Numbered from the stretch's first letter, positions 9,713-19,332 are shown. The stretch: DNA of 42,215 nt from Candidatus Woesearchaeota archaeon (GCA_964424875.1 CAYRKK010000002.1:1-42215), one strand, 5' to 3'. Translations and numbers: made by a program. Notes: a model not told the origin generated them from the sequence alone.

Positions 9713-10807
9713 ATGTACAAAGTCTCAATCCTAAAATGCAATTCTTATAATCCAAATGAAATTCAAAAAACCCTAATAGAATCTTTAAAAAATATAAACT
9801 TTGATTTTTCAAAATATAAAAACAAAAAAATATTAATTAAACCAAATCTTTTATGTTCTGTTAAACCTGAAAAAGCAATTACAACCCATCCAATTATCAT
9901 AGAAGAACTTTGCAAAATTCTAAAACAATATACTTCTAAAATTTATATTGGAGATAGTTCAGGAGATAATACAACAAAAACTTTAGAAGTTTCAGGAATA
10001 AATAAACTCTCTAAACATGCAACCATCTTAAATTTTGATAAATTACAAACAAAAACATTTTTTATTAAAAACAAAAATATCCCTATTCCAAAGATTATCT
10101 TTGACTTTGATTTAATAATTAATATAGCTAAAATAAAAACACATTCTTTTACAGGAATTACTTTATGTGCAAAAAATTTATATGGATGCATTTCTGGAAA
10201 AACAAAATCCTATATTCACAAACTGCTTCCAAAAAACAAAGATTTGTCTGAGATTATTATTAAAATAACTAATTTAATCAAACCTCAATTAAATATTATT
10301 GATGCTGTTGAAGGAATTGAAGGAAATGGTCCTGGAACAGCAGGAACAAAAATTAAATCCAATCTCATAATTGTAAGTAAAAATCCTTTTGCAGCAGATA
10401 TTATCACTTCTGAAATAATGGGCTTTAATTCAAATGAAATTCTCACAAATAAATTTTCAAAAATAAAAAAACAAGATATTAAAACAATAGGAGATGCAAA
10501 AAATACAAGATTAAATTTTAAAAAACCCTTAACTTACCCCTTTCCTTTATTAGTATTATTAAATAAAATTTTTCCAAAACCCAAAATAGATTTTAACAAA
10601 GAGTTATGCCAAAAATGCAATATCTGCAAGGAAAAATGTCCAGTAAATGCAATTACTCTTCAACCCTATCCAATTTGCAATTATAAAAAATGTATAACCT
10701 GTATGTGTTGTATGGAAGTCTGCCCCTATAACACTATTTATTTAAAGGATTATTGGTTTAAAACATTATTAAAAAATATAAAAAACAAAATATTGAAAAA
10801 TGATTGA
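9713..10807 (+). CDS. DUF362 domain protein with C-terminal 2x[4Fe-4S] ferredoxin domain
   Basis: ILIKPNL and a DUF362-like core, then CQKCNICKEKCP and CITCMCCMEVCP cluster motifs. Start moved to the ATG at 9713, directly after the dtdA stop. Confidence 0.75.
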   Translation: MYKVSILKCNSYNPNEIQKTLIESLKNINFDFSKYKNKKILIKPNLLCSVKPEKAITTHPIIIEELCKILKQYTSKIYIGDSSGDNTTKTLEVSGINKLSKHATILNFDKLQTKTFFIKNKNIPIPKIIFDFDLIINIAKIKTHSFTGITLCAKNLYGCISGKTKSYIHKLLPKNKDLSEIIIKITNLIKPQLNIIDAVEGIEGNGPGTAGTKIKSNLIIVSKNPFAADIITSEIMGFNSNEILTNKFSKIKKQDIKTIGDAKNTRLNFKKPLTYPFPLLVLLNKIFPKPKIDFNKELCQKCNICKEKCPVNAITLQPYPICNYKKCITCMCCMEVCPYNTIYLKDYWFKTLLKNIKNKILKND

Positions 10808-11681
10808 ATGGTACCTCTTAGCATTAATCTCTGCATTTTTTTCAGCAGTAGCTGCAATATTTGAAAAAAAAGTTTTATTTAAAGAAAAAGCATTAGGATT
10901 CTCAACCCTATTTGCACTTTTCAACTTAATCTTAGCAATACCCTTTTTCTTTTTTATTAATTTTACACTAGTCACTTCATCAGGCCTTTTTGTTTTAATG
11001 AGTAAATCTCTTTTTGAAGCAGGAGCATTTCTTTGTGTAATGCAGGGAATTAAAAATCTTGAGATTAGTGAAGCTCTTCCTTTATTAGTCCTTACACCAG
11101 GCTTAGTTGCATTAGGAGCATTTATTTTTTTAGCAGAAACCCTGACTTTTCTTCAAATCACAGGAATTTTTTTATTAATGATTGGAACTTATACTTTACA
11201 AATAAAAACTAAAGAAAAACAAAAATTACTCGACCCTATCAAAGCTTTTTTTAAAACAAAAGCATATTACTACATTATAGCTGCTTTAATTTTATTCACA
11301 ACAACCTCAATACTTGACAAAGCTATTTTAAAAAACTTCAAACTCCCTTTAAATGCTTTTATGGGTTTTCAGCATCTTTTCCTGGCAATTATTTTCATTA
11401 TCTTTATAATCTCAACAAAAAAAACCCATCAACTAAAATCTGCAATTAAATTTTCTTGGATATTAATTCTAACAATCTCAATCTTCACAATAGTTTACAG
11501 ATACACCCAGCTTTCAGCAGTAAAAATTGCACCTGTTGCATTAGTTCTTTCATTAAAAAGAATTTCAGTTTTCTTCGCAGTTTTAATAGGTGGAAAACTT
11601 TTCCAAGAACATAATTTACTAATCAGAACTTTAGCAACAGCAATTATGATTGCAGGTGCTGTGTTAGTTATTGTTTTTTAG
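10800..11681 (+). CDS. EamA/DMT-family transporter
   Basis: About 10 predicted TM helices in two similar halves and 293 aa, a size and pattern typical of EamA proteins. Confidence 0.7.
   Translation: MIEWYLLALISAFFSAVAAIFEKKVLFKEKALGFSTLFALFNLILAIPFFFFINFTLVTSSGLFVLMSKSLFEAGAFLCVMQGIKNLEISEALPLLVLTPGLVALGAFIFLAETLTFLQITGIFLLMIGTYTLQIKTKEKQKLLDPIKAFFKTKAYYYIIAALILFTTTSILDKAILKNFKLPLNAFMGFQHLFLAIIFIIFIISTKKTHQLKSAIKFSWILILTISIFTIVYRYTQLSAVKIAPVALVLSLKRISVFFAVLIGGKLFQEHNLLIRTLATAIMIAGAVLVIVF
11651..11681 (+). repeat. direct repeat DR-L (live 3' end of the EamA gene), partner of 12744..12774
   Basis: tgcaggtgctgtgttagttattgttttttag versus tgcaggagttgggttggttattgttttttaa, 26/31 by eye. Both end in a stop codon in the same frame (AGAVLVIVF* / AGVGLVIVF*). 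Confidence 0.7.
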
Positions 11682-11684
11682 GGT

Positions 11685-11723
11685 TGTAGACAAAATTATA
11701 GAAAGATTTAAATATGTAGACAA
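11685..11723 (+). promoter_or_regulatory. two direct copies of TGTAGACAA upstream of the Fic gene, flanking a TTTAAATA box
   Basis: TGTAGACAA at 11685..11693 and 11715..11723, with tttaaata at 11707..11714 between them. The ATG is at 11744. Confidence 0.6.
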
Positions 11724-11743
11724 CGATTATATTTATATAGAAA

Positions 11744-12682
11744 ATGTATATTGAAAAAAGAAAAGTAAAAGGCAAAATAAAGTTTTGGCTATCACACTCT
11801 TTTAGAGAAGGTGGAAGAATACATAAGATAAGAAAATTATTAGGTTTAGATTTATCTGAAGAAATTTTGAAAGAGAGGATAGAAAAAGCTAAGCAATTGA
11901 TTTTAGAAGAGATTAATAAATATAAAATAATCAAAGACCCTCTTCATGATAAGATTTCTAAAGAAGAATTGGATTTTATTAAAAAATTGCAAGCAGAGGC
12001 TAATTTAAAAATTATTCATTTATCTGAAACTGAATGGAAGAAATTTTCAGAAATCTTTAGTTATAACACAAATGCTATTGAGGGAAGTGATCTTACAATG
12101 AAAGAAACCAAGACTGTGATAGAAAAAGGTGCTTGGCCAATAGAGAAATCAAAAGAAGATATTGCTGAAGCTCTTGGAGTAAATGAGGCAATTAAATACA
12201 TAAGAAAAATTAAAGAACATATTTCTTTAGATTTAATTAAAGAAATTCATCATATTGTTTTTAAAAATTCTAAGAATTTTGCAGGAGGGTTTAGAAAATT
12301 AGGGCAGGAAGTAGTTGTTAGAACTGGTTCTGGAATTATAGTTCATGAGGGTGCACCTTCATCAAGAGTTATTACTTTACTCAATGAATTAATTAAGTGG
12401 TACAATAAACATAAAACAGAATATCCTGCTATTCTTTTAGCAGCAGTTGTTCACAACCAATTTGAAAATATACATCCTTTTGCTGATGGAAATGGAAGAG
12501 TAGGAAGAATTCTTTTAAATAATATTTTACTTAAAAAAGGATTACCTCCAGTAAATATTGATTTAAAAAATCAAAGAGAGTATTATGAAACCTTGCAAGT
12601 CTATGAAAAACAAAAGAATATAAGGCCAACAATAGAACTTATTTTAAAAGAATATAAAGATTTAAAAAAGATTATTAAGTAA
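11744..12682 (+). CDS. Fic-family protein (class II, with N-terminal inhibitory motif) and a basic N-terminal extension
   Basis: Canonical HPFADGNGRVGR Fic motif. The upstream TNAIEG fits the (S/T)xxxE(G/N) inhibitory helix motif. Confidence 0.9.
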   Translation: MYIEKRKVKGKIKFWLSHSFREGGRIHKIRKLLGLDLSEEILKERIEKAKQLILEEINKYKIIKDPLHDKISKEELDFIKKLQAEANLKIIHLSETEWKKFSEIFSYNTNAIEGSDLTMKETKTVIEKGAWPIEKSKEDIAEALGVNEAIKYIRKIKEHISLDLIKEIHHIVFKNSKNFAGGFRKLGQEVVVRTGSGIIVHEGAPSSRVITLLNELIKWYNKHKTEYPAILLAAVVHNQFENIHPFADGNGRVGRILLNNILLKKGLPPVNIDLKNQREYYETLQVYEKQKNIRPTIELILKEYKDLKKIIK

Positions 12683-12689
12683 TTCTAAT

Positions 12690-12728
12690 TGTAGACAATT
12701 TTGTAGACAAAAATATATTTGTAGACAA
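12690..12728 (+). promoter_or_regulatory. three direct copies of TGTAGACAA immediately downstream of the Fic stop
   Basis: TGTAGACAA at 12690..12698, 12702..12710 and 12720..12728, in the same orientation as the two upstream copies. Confidence 0.6.
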
Positions 12729-12743
12729 AAGATTATTACAATC

Positions 12744-12774
12744 TGCAGGAGTTGGGTTGGTTATTGTTTTTTAA
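12744..12774 (+). pseudogene. direct repeat DR-R: relic copy of the EamA C-terminal codons plus stop
   Basis: See DR-L. It has no upstream ORF continuity with a transporter gene, so it reads as a displaced gene end. Confidence 0.6.
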
Positions 12775-12894
12775 ATGTTTGTTGATACCTCTGCCGAGCA
12801 AGAAACCATTATGGCATAATCATGGGCTTTTTATTTGATTATTAATTTAAAGAATATTAACAAGTATTTATATTTTTAAATGAATAGTAAAATC

Positions 12895-13317
12895 CTATTC
12901 TGGGATATTTTTTAATGTTTCGGAATAAGATACCCATTGATCAAACAAACAGAATAGTCCAAGGGAATCAAAAGAACTATCCATATTTTTGGTTGTATAC
13001 TTCAATGGTTCTGTTTTAGATAAATCCAGGAGTTTTCCAGATTGTCCTTCTAATTCCAACCAGGTTCCTTTTGACCCATTAAGAGTTATTTGTCTTACAA
13101 AAGCAGTATTCTCATGAAACATGTATGGTGAATTGCCAGAATATCTGAAACGCTTAATAATACCTGCGCCCAGCTCGTTCATTCTACATTGCATTTCAGT
13201 GGTTAAAATTACTTCCAACATTTCTCCAGCAAACTGTCTGCTAAGAAGAATTTCAAAATCATGATGTGGTTGATAAAGATGTGTTGGCTGCCAAATAATA
13301 TTATCATTAGGGTACAT
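12895..13317 (-). CDS. orphan hypothetical protein (140 aa) with non-K/I/N-biased composition
   Basis: Clean ATG-to-stop ORF flanked by >200-nt non-coding regions. No motif recognised. Confidence 0.5.
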   Translation of the reverse strand: MYPNDNIIWQPTHLYQPHHDFEILLSRQFAGEMLEVILTTEMQCRMNELGAGIIKRFRYSGNSPYMFHENTAFVRQITLNGSKGTWLELEGQSGKLLDLSKTEPLKYTTKNMDSSFDSLGLFCLFDQWVSYSETLKNIPE

Positions 13318-13550
13318 AACTAAGTAGAAAAATAAGTATTTAATAATATATTTGTGTTGAGAGGATTTATTTTACTTAACAATATATTCTCCCTAAAAAA
13401 TGAACTAAACAGTGGGATGCCCCTACAGAGCAAGAATAATATTTGTCCACTTATTAGGGGAATAAAATTATGAAGAATATTGTCTTTATCTTCAATCATC
13501 TCTTTTATTTTTATAAACTCTCAAACACACTTAACTATAAAAAATCTTTC

Positions 13551-16500
13551 CTAAAAACTGATGTCTCTTGAATCAGAATTCCCAGCATCATCTCTAATAA
13601 TTAATTGATAATTTGTATACTTCTCTCTTAACTTAAATTTCTTTTCACATTTTCCATATCTTAATCTACTGCATAATCTCTTTTCTTTAGTTTTTCCACG
13701 ATAATCATAACTCAATACAACTTTATCAAAATTCATTTCAGTTATAGACATATCAAAATAAACATAATCATCATATCTTCCAGTTCCCATTTCCCAAAAA
13801 TCATCAGGATTATTTAATACTGGAGAAGTCATATCAACATCAACTTCTCTTTTTTTTGATTCATCTTTATTTCCTGCAATATCTTCTAATTCAAACCAAT
13901 ATTCTATTTTCTGATTATCAAAGTCAGTTAGATTAACCCAAACCTTACAAGAATGTTTACCTCTAATTTCACTACAATCCTTTTCAATATCCAATTCCTG
14001 AGTCCTTATACTATTACCATAATATAATGTTAGATTTTCAGGATTATCTTCTTTAAATTCAACATAAAAGTTTCCATCTGAAAATCCTCTTGTTGGACTT
14101 GTCTTAGAAATTCTAGGGTCTTTTGAGTCTACTAAAAACGAAACACTTTCTTCATCTATAGTAACATCTTCAACAATCGCTTTAAAAGTAAGTTTATAGG
14201 TTCCATCTGAAAAAGATACTTTCCGATTGTATTCATCACAATTTCTACATAATCTTTTTTCTCTTAATCTTCCTCTAGAATCAAAATAAGTATAAACTAT
14301 TTCATCTACTTCTTCTGTTGTTTCAAGATTTAGTAATATTCTTCTGTTATCAAAGAGGTCTAAGATTGGGGAATTAATGATTAAATTTGTTTGATTATTT
14401 TCCTGAGTTCCACAATTTAAAATTGCCCGATATTCATAAATAGTTTGATTTTGAGAACCTTGGCAAGAATTTGAATCATATTGTGTTAAAAATCTTGATT
14501 GATTCATTAGATTATTAGATAAACATGAAATATTTTGCCAGTCACTCCATGATGTGTTAATAAGATTTGGAATGCATAAGTTTAATACCATTATTGAAGT
14601 TTGCATTGTGGCTATATCAAAGTGAAGATTTTGGGAATCTGGAACATTTGGAATTATTACTCTATATTCTCCAATAGGCAAAGTATAATAAGAATCAAGT
14701 TGGTTTGAATTTTTATTAAAATGATAATAATTCTTTGAATGAGGGTTTCTATTAAGATTGTATATTGCTTGCGTTGAAATCTTTTGTATCTGTAAATCTA
14801 AATTAGAACTAGGATTCCAAATATTTCCATTGTCAACAACTTTAATCTGAACAGAGCCTTCTGAATATTTATTGAAAAAAGACTTACTATATCCAGTTTC
14901 AGGATTATAATAAGAATAAGAATTAGAAGCTAAAACACCATCTGATTTATCATTTAAGAAATCTAAAATGATTTGAGAGTATTCATCTAATCGGGATACC
15001 TCTGTAGCATGATTATACCCATTTATTATAGATAAAGGGATGTTTTGATTTAATAAGCTTGAGCTTGATATTGAAACTAAACAATCATATTCTTCAGAAT
15101 CTGATTCTTTATGCCCAAAATTATCTGTAAGAGAACATAATATAGCTCCCTTATCAAATTCTATTACATCACCCCAATTTAGTCTTTCACTGTTTCCAAT
15201 AATTACATAGTTTTTAGTAGGCAAATTTTTATCTCCTAAATCAAATATCAAATCACTACCTAATGCCATCTGTTTATAAATTGGAGAATTAGAAGCTCCA
15301 GAATATCCAATTCTCCAGTCTTCAAAATTAGAATAATCATCAAAAAATAATGAACCTATTCCAGAGATAATCCAATCCTCACTGATCCCATTAGAAGCCC
15401 CACTTCCATGACTAGGTGATGCTAATAAAATTAAATGATTTACATCATTTTTATAATTATAACTAGAAATATTTTGAACATAACTTCTTGAAACTAATCC
15501 CCCCATACTATGAGCAATAACGTCAAACTTTTGTGAACTTCCATAATAATGATTTTTTAAATAAAGAGTTGAGTCACCTAAAAGTGCCCCACTCATAGGT
15601 ATGTCGTCCTCTCCAGAATAATAAAATTCCCAAGCATCATATCCTTTATTTTGAAATTGTTCTTGAGTTTCTTCTTCATTCCAATATCCTGATTCACCAT
15701 GTTTTCCATGAATAAAGATTATTGGTTTTTGATTTCTAATAACTTTGGGAACATCTAAAAAAGAGATCATATAATCTGCATAGTTATTATTTATACTTTC
15801 AGCACTTTGAACTGAGAACTTTTGTTGTTGATCTTTAATAAATTGTATTTTAGTTTCAATTTTATAAAGATTTGATGAATTTATTTCTTTTAATGGTTCA
15901 TCATTATATCCTAAGTACATTACAGGATTATTAGATGCTTTTTCCTTTAATTCAAATTCAAGAGTATTATTATATTCATTAAGATTAACCTGAACAAGTT
16001 TTGAATTTAATTTAGAATCTTCCGTATCAATTAAAGTTTCATTATTTATTTTAAGAAGAAGATAATCTGATACATTAAATAATATTTTATAATCTCCAGA
16101 ATTTTCTACTTGAAGATAACCTTTCCAATTTAATGAGATCATTTCTTGACTAGGCTCACTACTTGATGCTGATAATGTTTTTGAGGAAGAGAGTATTGTA
16201 GTTGAATCAAGCTCAGGAAAATAATTTCTTTTCCATGCAGGCTTATCTTGATGTATTCTTACTATTTGGTTTACCCAGTCTTCTGCATTATTAAAATTAT
16301 TTTTATTTGAAAAGTGATTTGTCCATTTCCCTATAATTTCATTGTTATCTATTGCATAAATCGCATAAATTTGGTAATCTACAAACAATGTTGGATTATT
16401 CCACCAAGCAATATATCTTTCTGGATTAAATTTGAAGTTCCCATTAGAATCTGTATAAACATCAAAGTAGTCTACTATGTCATTTTCTACTAAATCCACA

Positions 16501-17885
16501 TCTTCAACATACACCCTTAATTTTAAATTGCTGTAAACATTTTCTGAGAATGTTTGTCCTTGTTGAGATACTTGATAGACTTTTCCCTTGACAGCAGGAT
16601 TACAATTTTTCTGAGGGTCATTCCAATTTTCATACTCATAACAGCACCCCTCATTTTCTGTATCAATTATAGGGGTATTTCCATCACAAACTAGATTTGA
16701 AGTACATTGAGAACTACTATCACAGTCCCAACCATTATATCCAAAGAGTGTGTCTAAATTATTTGATGTAGCTGACTTTGAATTGACTGTTGCTTTAAAA
16801 CAATATTCTAAATTTCCAATTAAATCGTCGCCATTAGCAACAACCCAATTAATTAATGCGAAATTATTATTTATTGTAGAATAGAATGAACCAATAGAAT
16901 TTCCACTACATATAGAAGTAACCATATCATCTTCTATAATATCAAATTTAACAGAATTACCGTTTGAGATATCTTGAGTCTGAATGTTTAATGAGACTGT
17001 GTCTCCAGTATTTGCCGAGGTCGGACTCCAATAGATAGATGTTATTGAAGGATTGGTTATTTTTTGACAGCTATTTGTTCCAGTATTCCATTTTTCACCA
17101 ACATTACAACATCCACATTCCAACCCCATTAAACAAATATACCCGTCATAATCAACACAGTCAAAATTAGATGAACATTCAGAATCGTAATCACAGTCAT
17201 ATTCTCCATAATTACACCCTCCTTTTCTTTGTCCCTTATAATTACAATAATCACTATGCCCATTATAAAGAGAAGATCCATCATAGCAATAACAATCTCC
17301 CCAACCTGTGCACGATGCCCAACCTAGATAACATGAATCTACTAAATTATAACATTCATCCTTATCGCAATTATTAGTCCATCCTACTCCACACAAACTA
17401 CATAAAGAACTAGAAGGAGCAAGTACACTAAAACTACTAAATTTTTTAGATAAAATTTTAACATTACTAAAATAAGTAGAAGAATAATAATCAAAAATAG
17501 GATTTTCTAATAGATTAACAGAATTACTCTCTATATGAATCAGGTAGTTATTATTAGTCCATTCTATAAAATCTTTAAACATTAAATAATTTTTATCTTC
17601 AAAAGAGTATATATGCTCTAAATCAATGGGATCTGTTGTTTTGTTTATACTAGCTTTAAGTGCCTCCTCATCACTAAATTCTATAATCCAAACAATTATT
17701 TCTCCTTCTTCTGAAGAATAATAGATCTTAGAATAATTTAAAACTCCCTCAAAAATTTCTGGGAAATCAGGATTATCAATTTGAATTACTTCATAAATAT
17801 CAATTTTACTAGTTTCACCATTGACACCCCCAACCATAAAAATCATTAAAAATATGTATGCCCCTAATACCAACAACTTTTTCAT
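13551..17885 (-). CDS. giant secreted/surface protein: signal peptide, Cys-rich module, PA14-like region, lipase-like alpha/beta-hydrolase domain, C-terminal Ig-like repeats
   Basis: N-terminal MKKLLVLGAYIFLMIFMVGGVNG. Dense Cys cluster at about aa 160-275. NWKGYLQVENSGDYKILFNVSDYLLLKINN is PA14-like. IFIHGKHG ... DVIAHSMGGLVSRSY is a GxSxG nucleophile elbow as in class 2 / PGAP1-like lipases (near nt 15490..15530). Repeated ...KEKRLC... modules at the C-terminus. Confidence 0.8.
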   Translation of the reverse strand: MKKLLVLGAYIFLMIFMVGGVNGETSKIDIYEVIQIDNPDFPEIFEGVLNYSKIYYSSEEGEIIVWIIEFSDEEALKASINKTTDPIDLEHIYSFEDKNYLMFKDFIEWTNNNYLIHIESNSVNLLENPIFDYYSSTYFSNVKILSKKFSSFSVLAPSSSLCSLCGVGWTNNCDKDECYNLVDSCYLGWASCTGWGDCYCYDGSSLYNGHSDYCNYKGQRKGGCNYGEYDCDYDSECSSNFDCVDYDGYICLMGLECGCCNVGEKWNTGTNSCQKITNPSITSIYWSPTSANTGDTVSLNIQTQDISNGNSVKFDIIEDDMVTSICSGNSIGSFYSTINNNFALINWVVANGDDLIGNLEYCFKATVNSKSATSNNLDTLFGYNGWDCDSSSQCTSNLVCDGNTPIIDTENEGCCYEYENWNDPQKNCNPAVKGKVYQVSQQGQTFSENVYSNLKLRVYVEDVDLVENDIVDYFDVYTDSNGNFKFNPERYIAWWNNPTLFVDYQIYAIYAIDNNEIIGKWTNHFSNKNNFNNAEDWVNQIVRIHQDKPAWKRNYFPELDSTTILSSSKTLSASSSEPSQEMISLNWKGYLQVENSGDYKILFNVSDYLLLKINNETLIDTEDSKLNSKLVQVNLNEYNNTLEFELKEKASNNPVMYLGYNDEPLKEINSSNLYKIETKIQFIKDQQQKFSVQSAESINNNYADYMISFLDVPKVIRNQKPIIFIHGKHGESGYWNEEETQEQFQNKGYDAWEFYYSGEDDIPMSGALLGDSTLYLKNHYYGSSQKFDVIAHSMGGLVSRSYVQNISSYNYKNDVNHLILLASPSHGSGASNGISEDWIISGIGSLFFDDYSNFEDWRIGYSGASNSPIYKQMALGSDLIFDLGDKNLPTKNYVIIGNSERLNWGDVIEFDKGAILCSLTDNFGHKESDSEEYDCLVSISSSSLLNQNIPLSIINGYNHATEVSRLDEYSQIILDFLNDKSDGVLASNSYSYYNPETGYSKSFFNKYSEGSVQIKVVDNGNIWNPSSNLDLQIQKISTQAIYNLNRNPHSKNYYHFNKNSNQLDSYYTLPIGEYRVIIPNVPDSQNLHFDIATMQTSIMVLNLCIPNLINTSWSDWQNISCLSNNLMNQSRFLTQYDSNSCQGSQNQTIYEYRAILNCGTQENNQTNLIINSPILDLFDNRRILLNLETTEEVDEIVYTYFDSRGRLREKRLCRNCDEYNRKVSFSDGTYKLTFKAIVEDVTIDEESVSFLVDSKDPRISKTSPTRGFSDGNFYVEFKEDNPENLTLYYGNSIRTQELDIEKDCSEIRGKHSCKVWVNLTDFDNQKIEYWFELEDIAGNKDESKKREVDVDMTSPVLNNPDDFWEMGTGRYDDYVYFDMSITEMNFDKVVLSYDYRGKTKEKRLCSRLRYGKCEKKFKLREKYTNYQLIIRDDAGNSDSRDISF

Positions 17886-18031
17886 ATAAATACCACAAAA
17901 TCAATATATATTAAACTATCGACAATAAAGTCATCAGCTAATCGTGGTAAAAAAGAATCAATCCTCAATAACCCTACCCAACTTTTCTTTATGTTCTTCA
18001 ATATCTTTCTTTGCATCTGCAAAGATTTCAT
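17882..18031 (-). CDS. possible 49-aa ORF translationally coupled (ATGA overlap) to the giant protein gene
   Basis: My own translation is MKSLQMQRKILKNIKKSWVGLLRIDSFLPRLADDFIVDSLIYIDFVVFI*. A GAGGT lies upstream. The stop overlaps the giant gene ATG. It is below the ORF-track length cutoff. Confidence 0.3.
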   Translation of the reverse strand: MKSLQMQRKILKNIKKSWVGLLRIDSFLPRLADDFIVDSLIYIDFVVFI

Positions 18032-18052
18032 CTTGTTCTTCCCTACCTCTTT

Positions 18053-18139
18053 TTATAATATTTCTCTCCCAACAACCTCAACACTTCTCTTCTTTTTATC
18101 AAACCAAACTCGCCCACCAAACTTCAACTCCTTTGCTTC
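18053..18139 (-). pseudogene. relic duplicate of the C-terminal ~28 codons of the HydA-like gene, lying just downstream of MFS copy 1
   Basis: Reads EAKELKFGGRVWFDKKKRSVEVVGREIL* with no start codon. Nucleotide blocks 18068..18092 and 18117..18130 match 19372..19396 (24/25) and 19400..19413 (14/14). Confidence 0.7.
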
Positions 18140-18149
18140 ATACTTTCAC

Positions 18150-19331
18150 TTATTGTTTTTTAGCCCTCAAAAACAAAAACAAAACAGGAATAATCAACAT
18201 AACCAAGGCACCAATTCTAAATCCAATATTAATATTATAAATATCTGATGAAAATCCAACTAAAGGAACAAAAATAGCAACCCCTAAACCTCTCATCAGA
18301 TTATAACCAGAAATAACAGTAGCACGAGTACTTGAATCTGTTTCTAAATGTAACAAATGTTCTGTTGCAGGTCTTCCAATTCCATAAAAAAATTGTTTAA
18401 TTAATAAAAAAATAATTGCTATTAAAGGAAAAACAAATGTTGCAAATAAATAAAACAAACTATAACCAAACCCTCCCATTATAATTGTTTTTTTATCTCC
18501 TAATTTTTCAGAAACTTCATGAGAAAAATAATGTCCTAAAGAAGATACTGCAAAACTTATTGCAAATATATAACCAAAATAAATTATTGGAATTTCATAA
18601 AACTGAAAAAATATTGGTTTTAAATAATGTAAAGAATCTCCTATTCCAATTAAAATAAGAGCACTGAACAAGATTATTAAAACCTGAGAATTTTTAATAA
18701 TAACTCCTAAAGATTTAAACATATGTTTAAAAACATTTTTATGAGTTTCTTTTTCATATTTTGGTTCTACTAACTGAAATGAAAGAAAAGTTGCAATAGA
18801 CATTGGAATAAGACTCATAATAACAGGTAATGATAAAGAAATAGATGCTAAATACCCTCCAACAACAGCACCAATACTAGCACCAATTGGCCATAATGCA
18901 TATTTAGTTCCAATAATTTTTTTAAAATATTTTTCCTTGCCTTCTTGCTTTAATGTATCATAAATTAAAGCACTATCTGCCCCACTAAACATACTTCTAC
19001 CAAATGCATTAATAATAGCATATAAAACAAACATTATCATTATATTCCCAATAGCTAAAAAAACAAAACTTAAAAGAATCACAAATCCAGAAATAATTAT
19101 TGATTTTTTTCTTCCAAGCAAATCAGCAATAGCACCAGTTGGATATTCAAATAAAACAATAGCAATAGATTCAATAGAAATTATTAATGCCACATTTGTC
19201 AGTGTAAATAAACTCTCCTCAATATATAAAGCAAAAATAGGCAGGAAAAATAACATACCTCCAAAAATAGACATAATATAAAAATAAAAAATATTCTTAG
19301 ATTTAATTCCATAAGTATTAAAGAGTTTCAT
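18150..19331 (-). CDS. MFS transporter, copy 1
   Basis: About 12 TM helices and a GAIADLLGRKKS loop motif. Start moved to MKLFNTYG (ATG at 19331), 1 nt after the upstream gene stop. Paralog of 25300..26487. Confidence 0.85.
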   Translation of the reverse strand: MKLFNTYGIKSKNIFYFYIMSIFGGMLFFLPIFALYIEESLFTLTNVALIISIESIAIVLFEYPTGAIADLLGRKKSIIISGFVILLSFVFLAIGNIMIMFVLYAIINAFGRSMFSGADSALIYDTLKQEGKEKYFKKIIGTKYALWPIGASIGAVVGGYLASISLSLPVIMSLIPMSIATFLSFQLVEPKYEKETHKNVFKHMFKSLGVIIKNSQVLIILFSALILIGIGDSLHYLKPIFFQFYEIPIIYFGYIFAISFAVSSLGHYFSHEVSEKLGDKKTIIMGGFGYSLFYLFATFVFPLIAIIFLLIKQFFYGIGRPATEHLLHLETDSSTRATVISGYNLMRGLGVAIFVPLVGFSSDIYNINIGFRIGALVMLIIPVLFLFLRAKKQ

Positions 19332-19332
19332 T

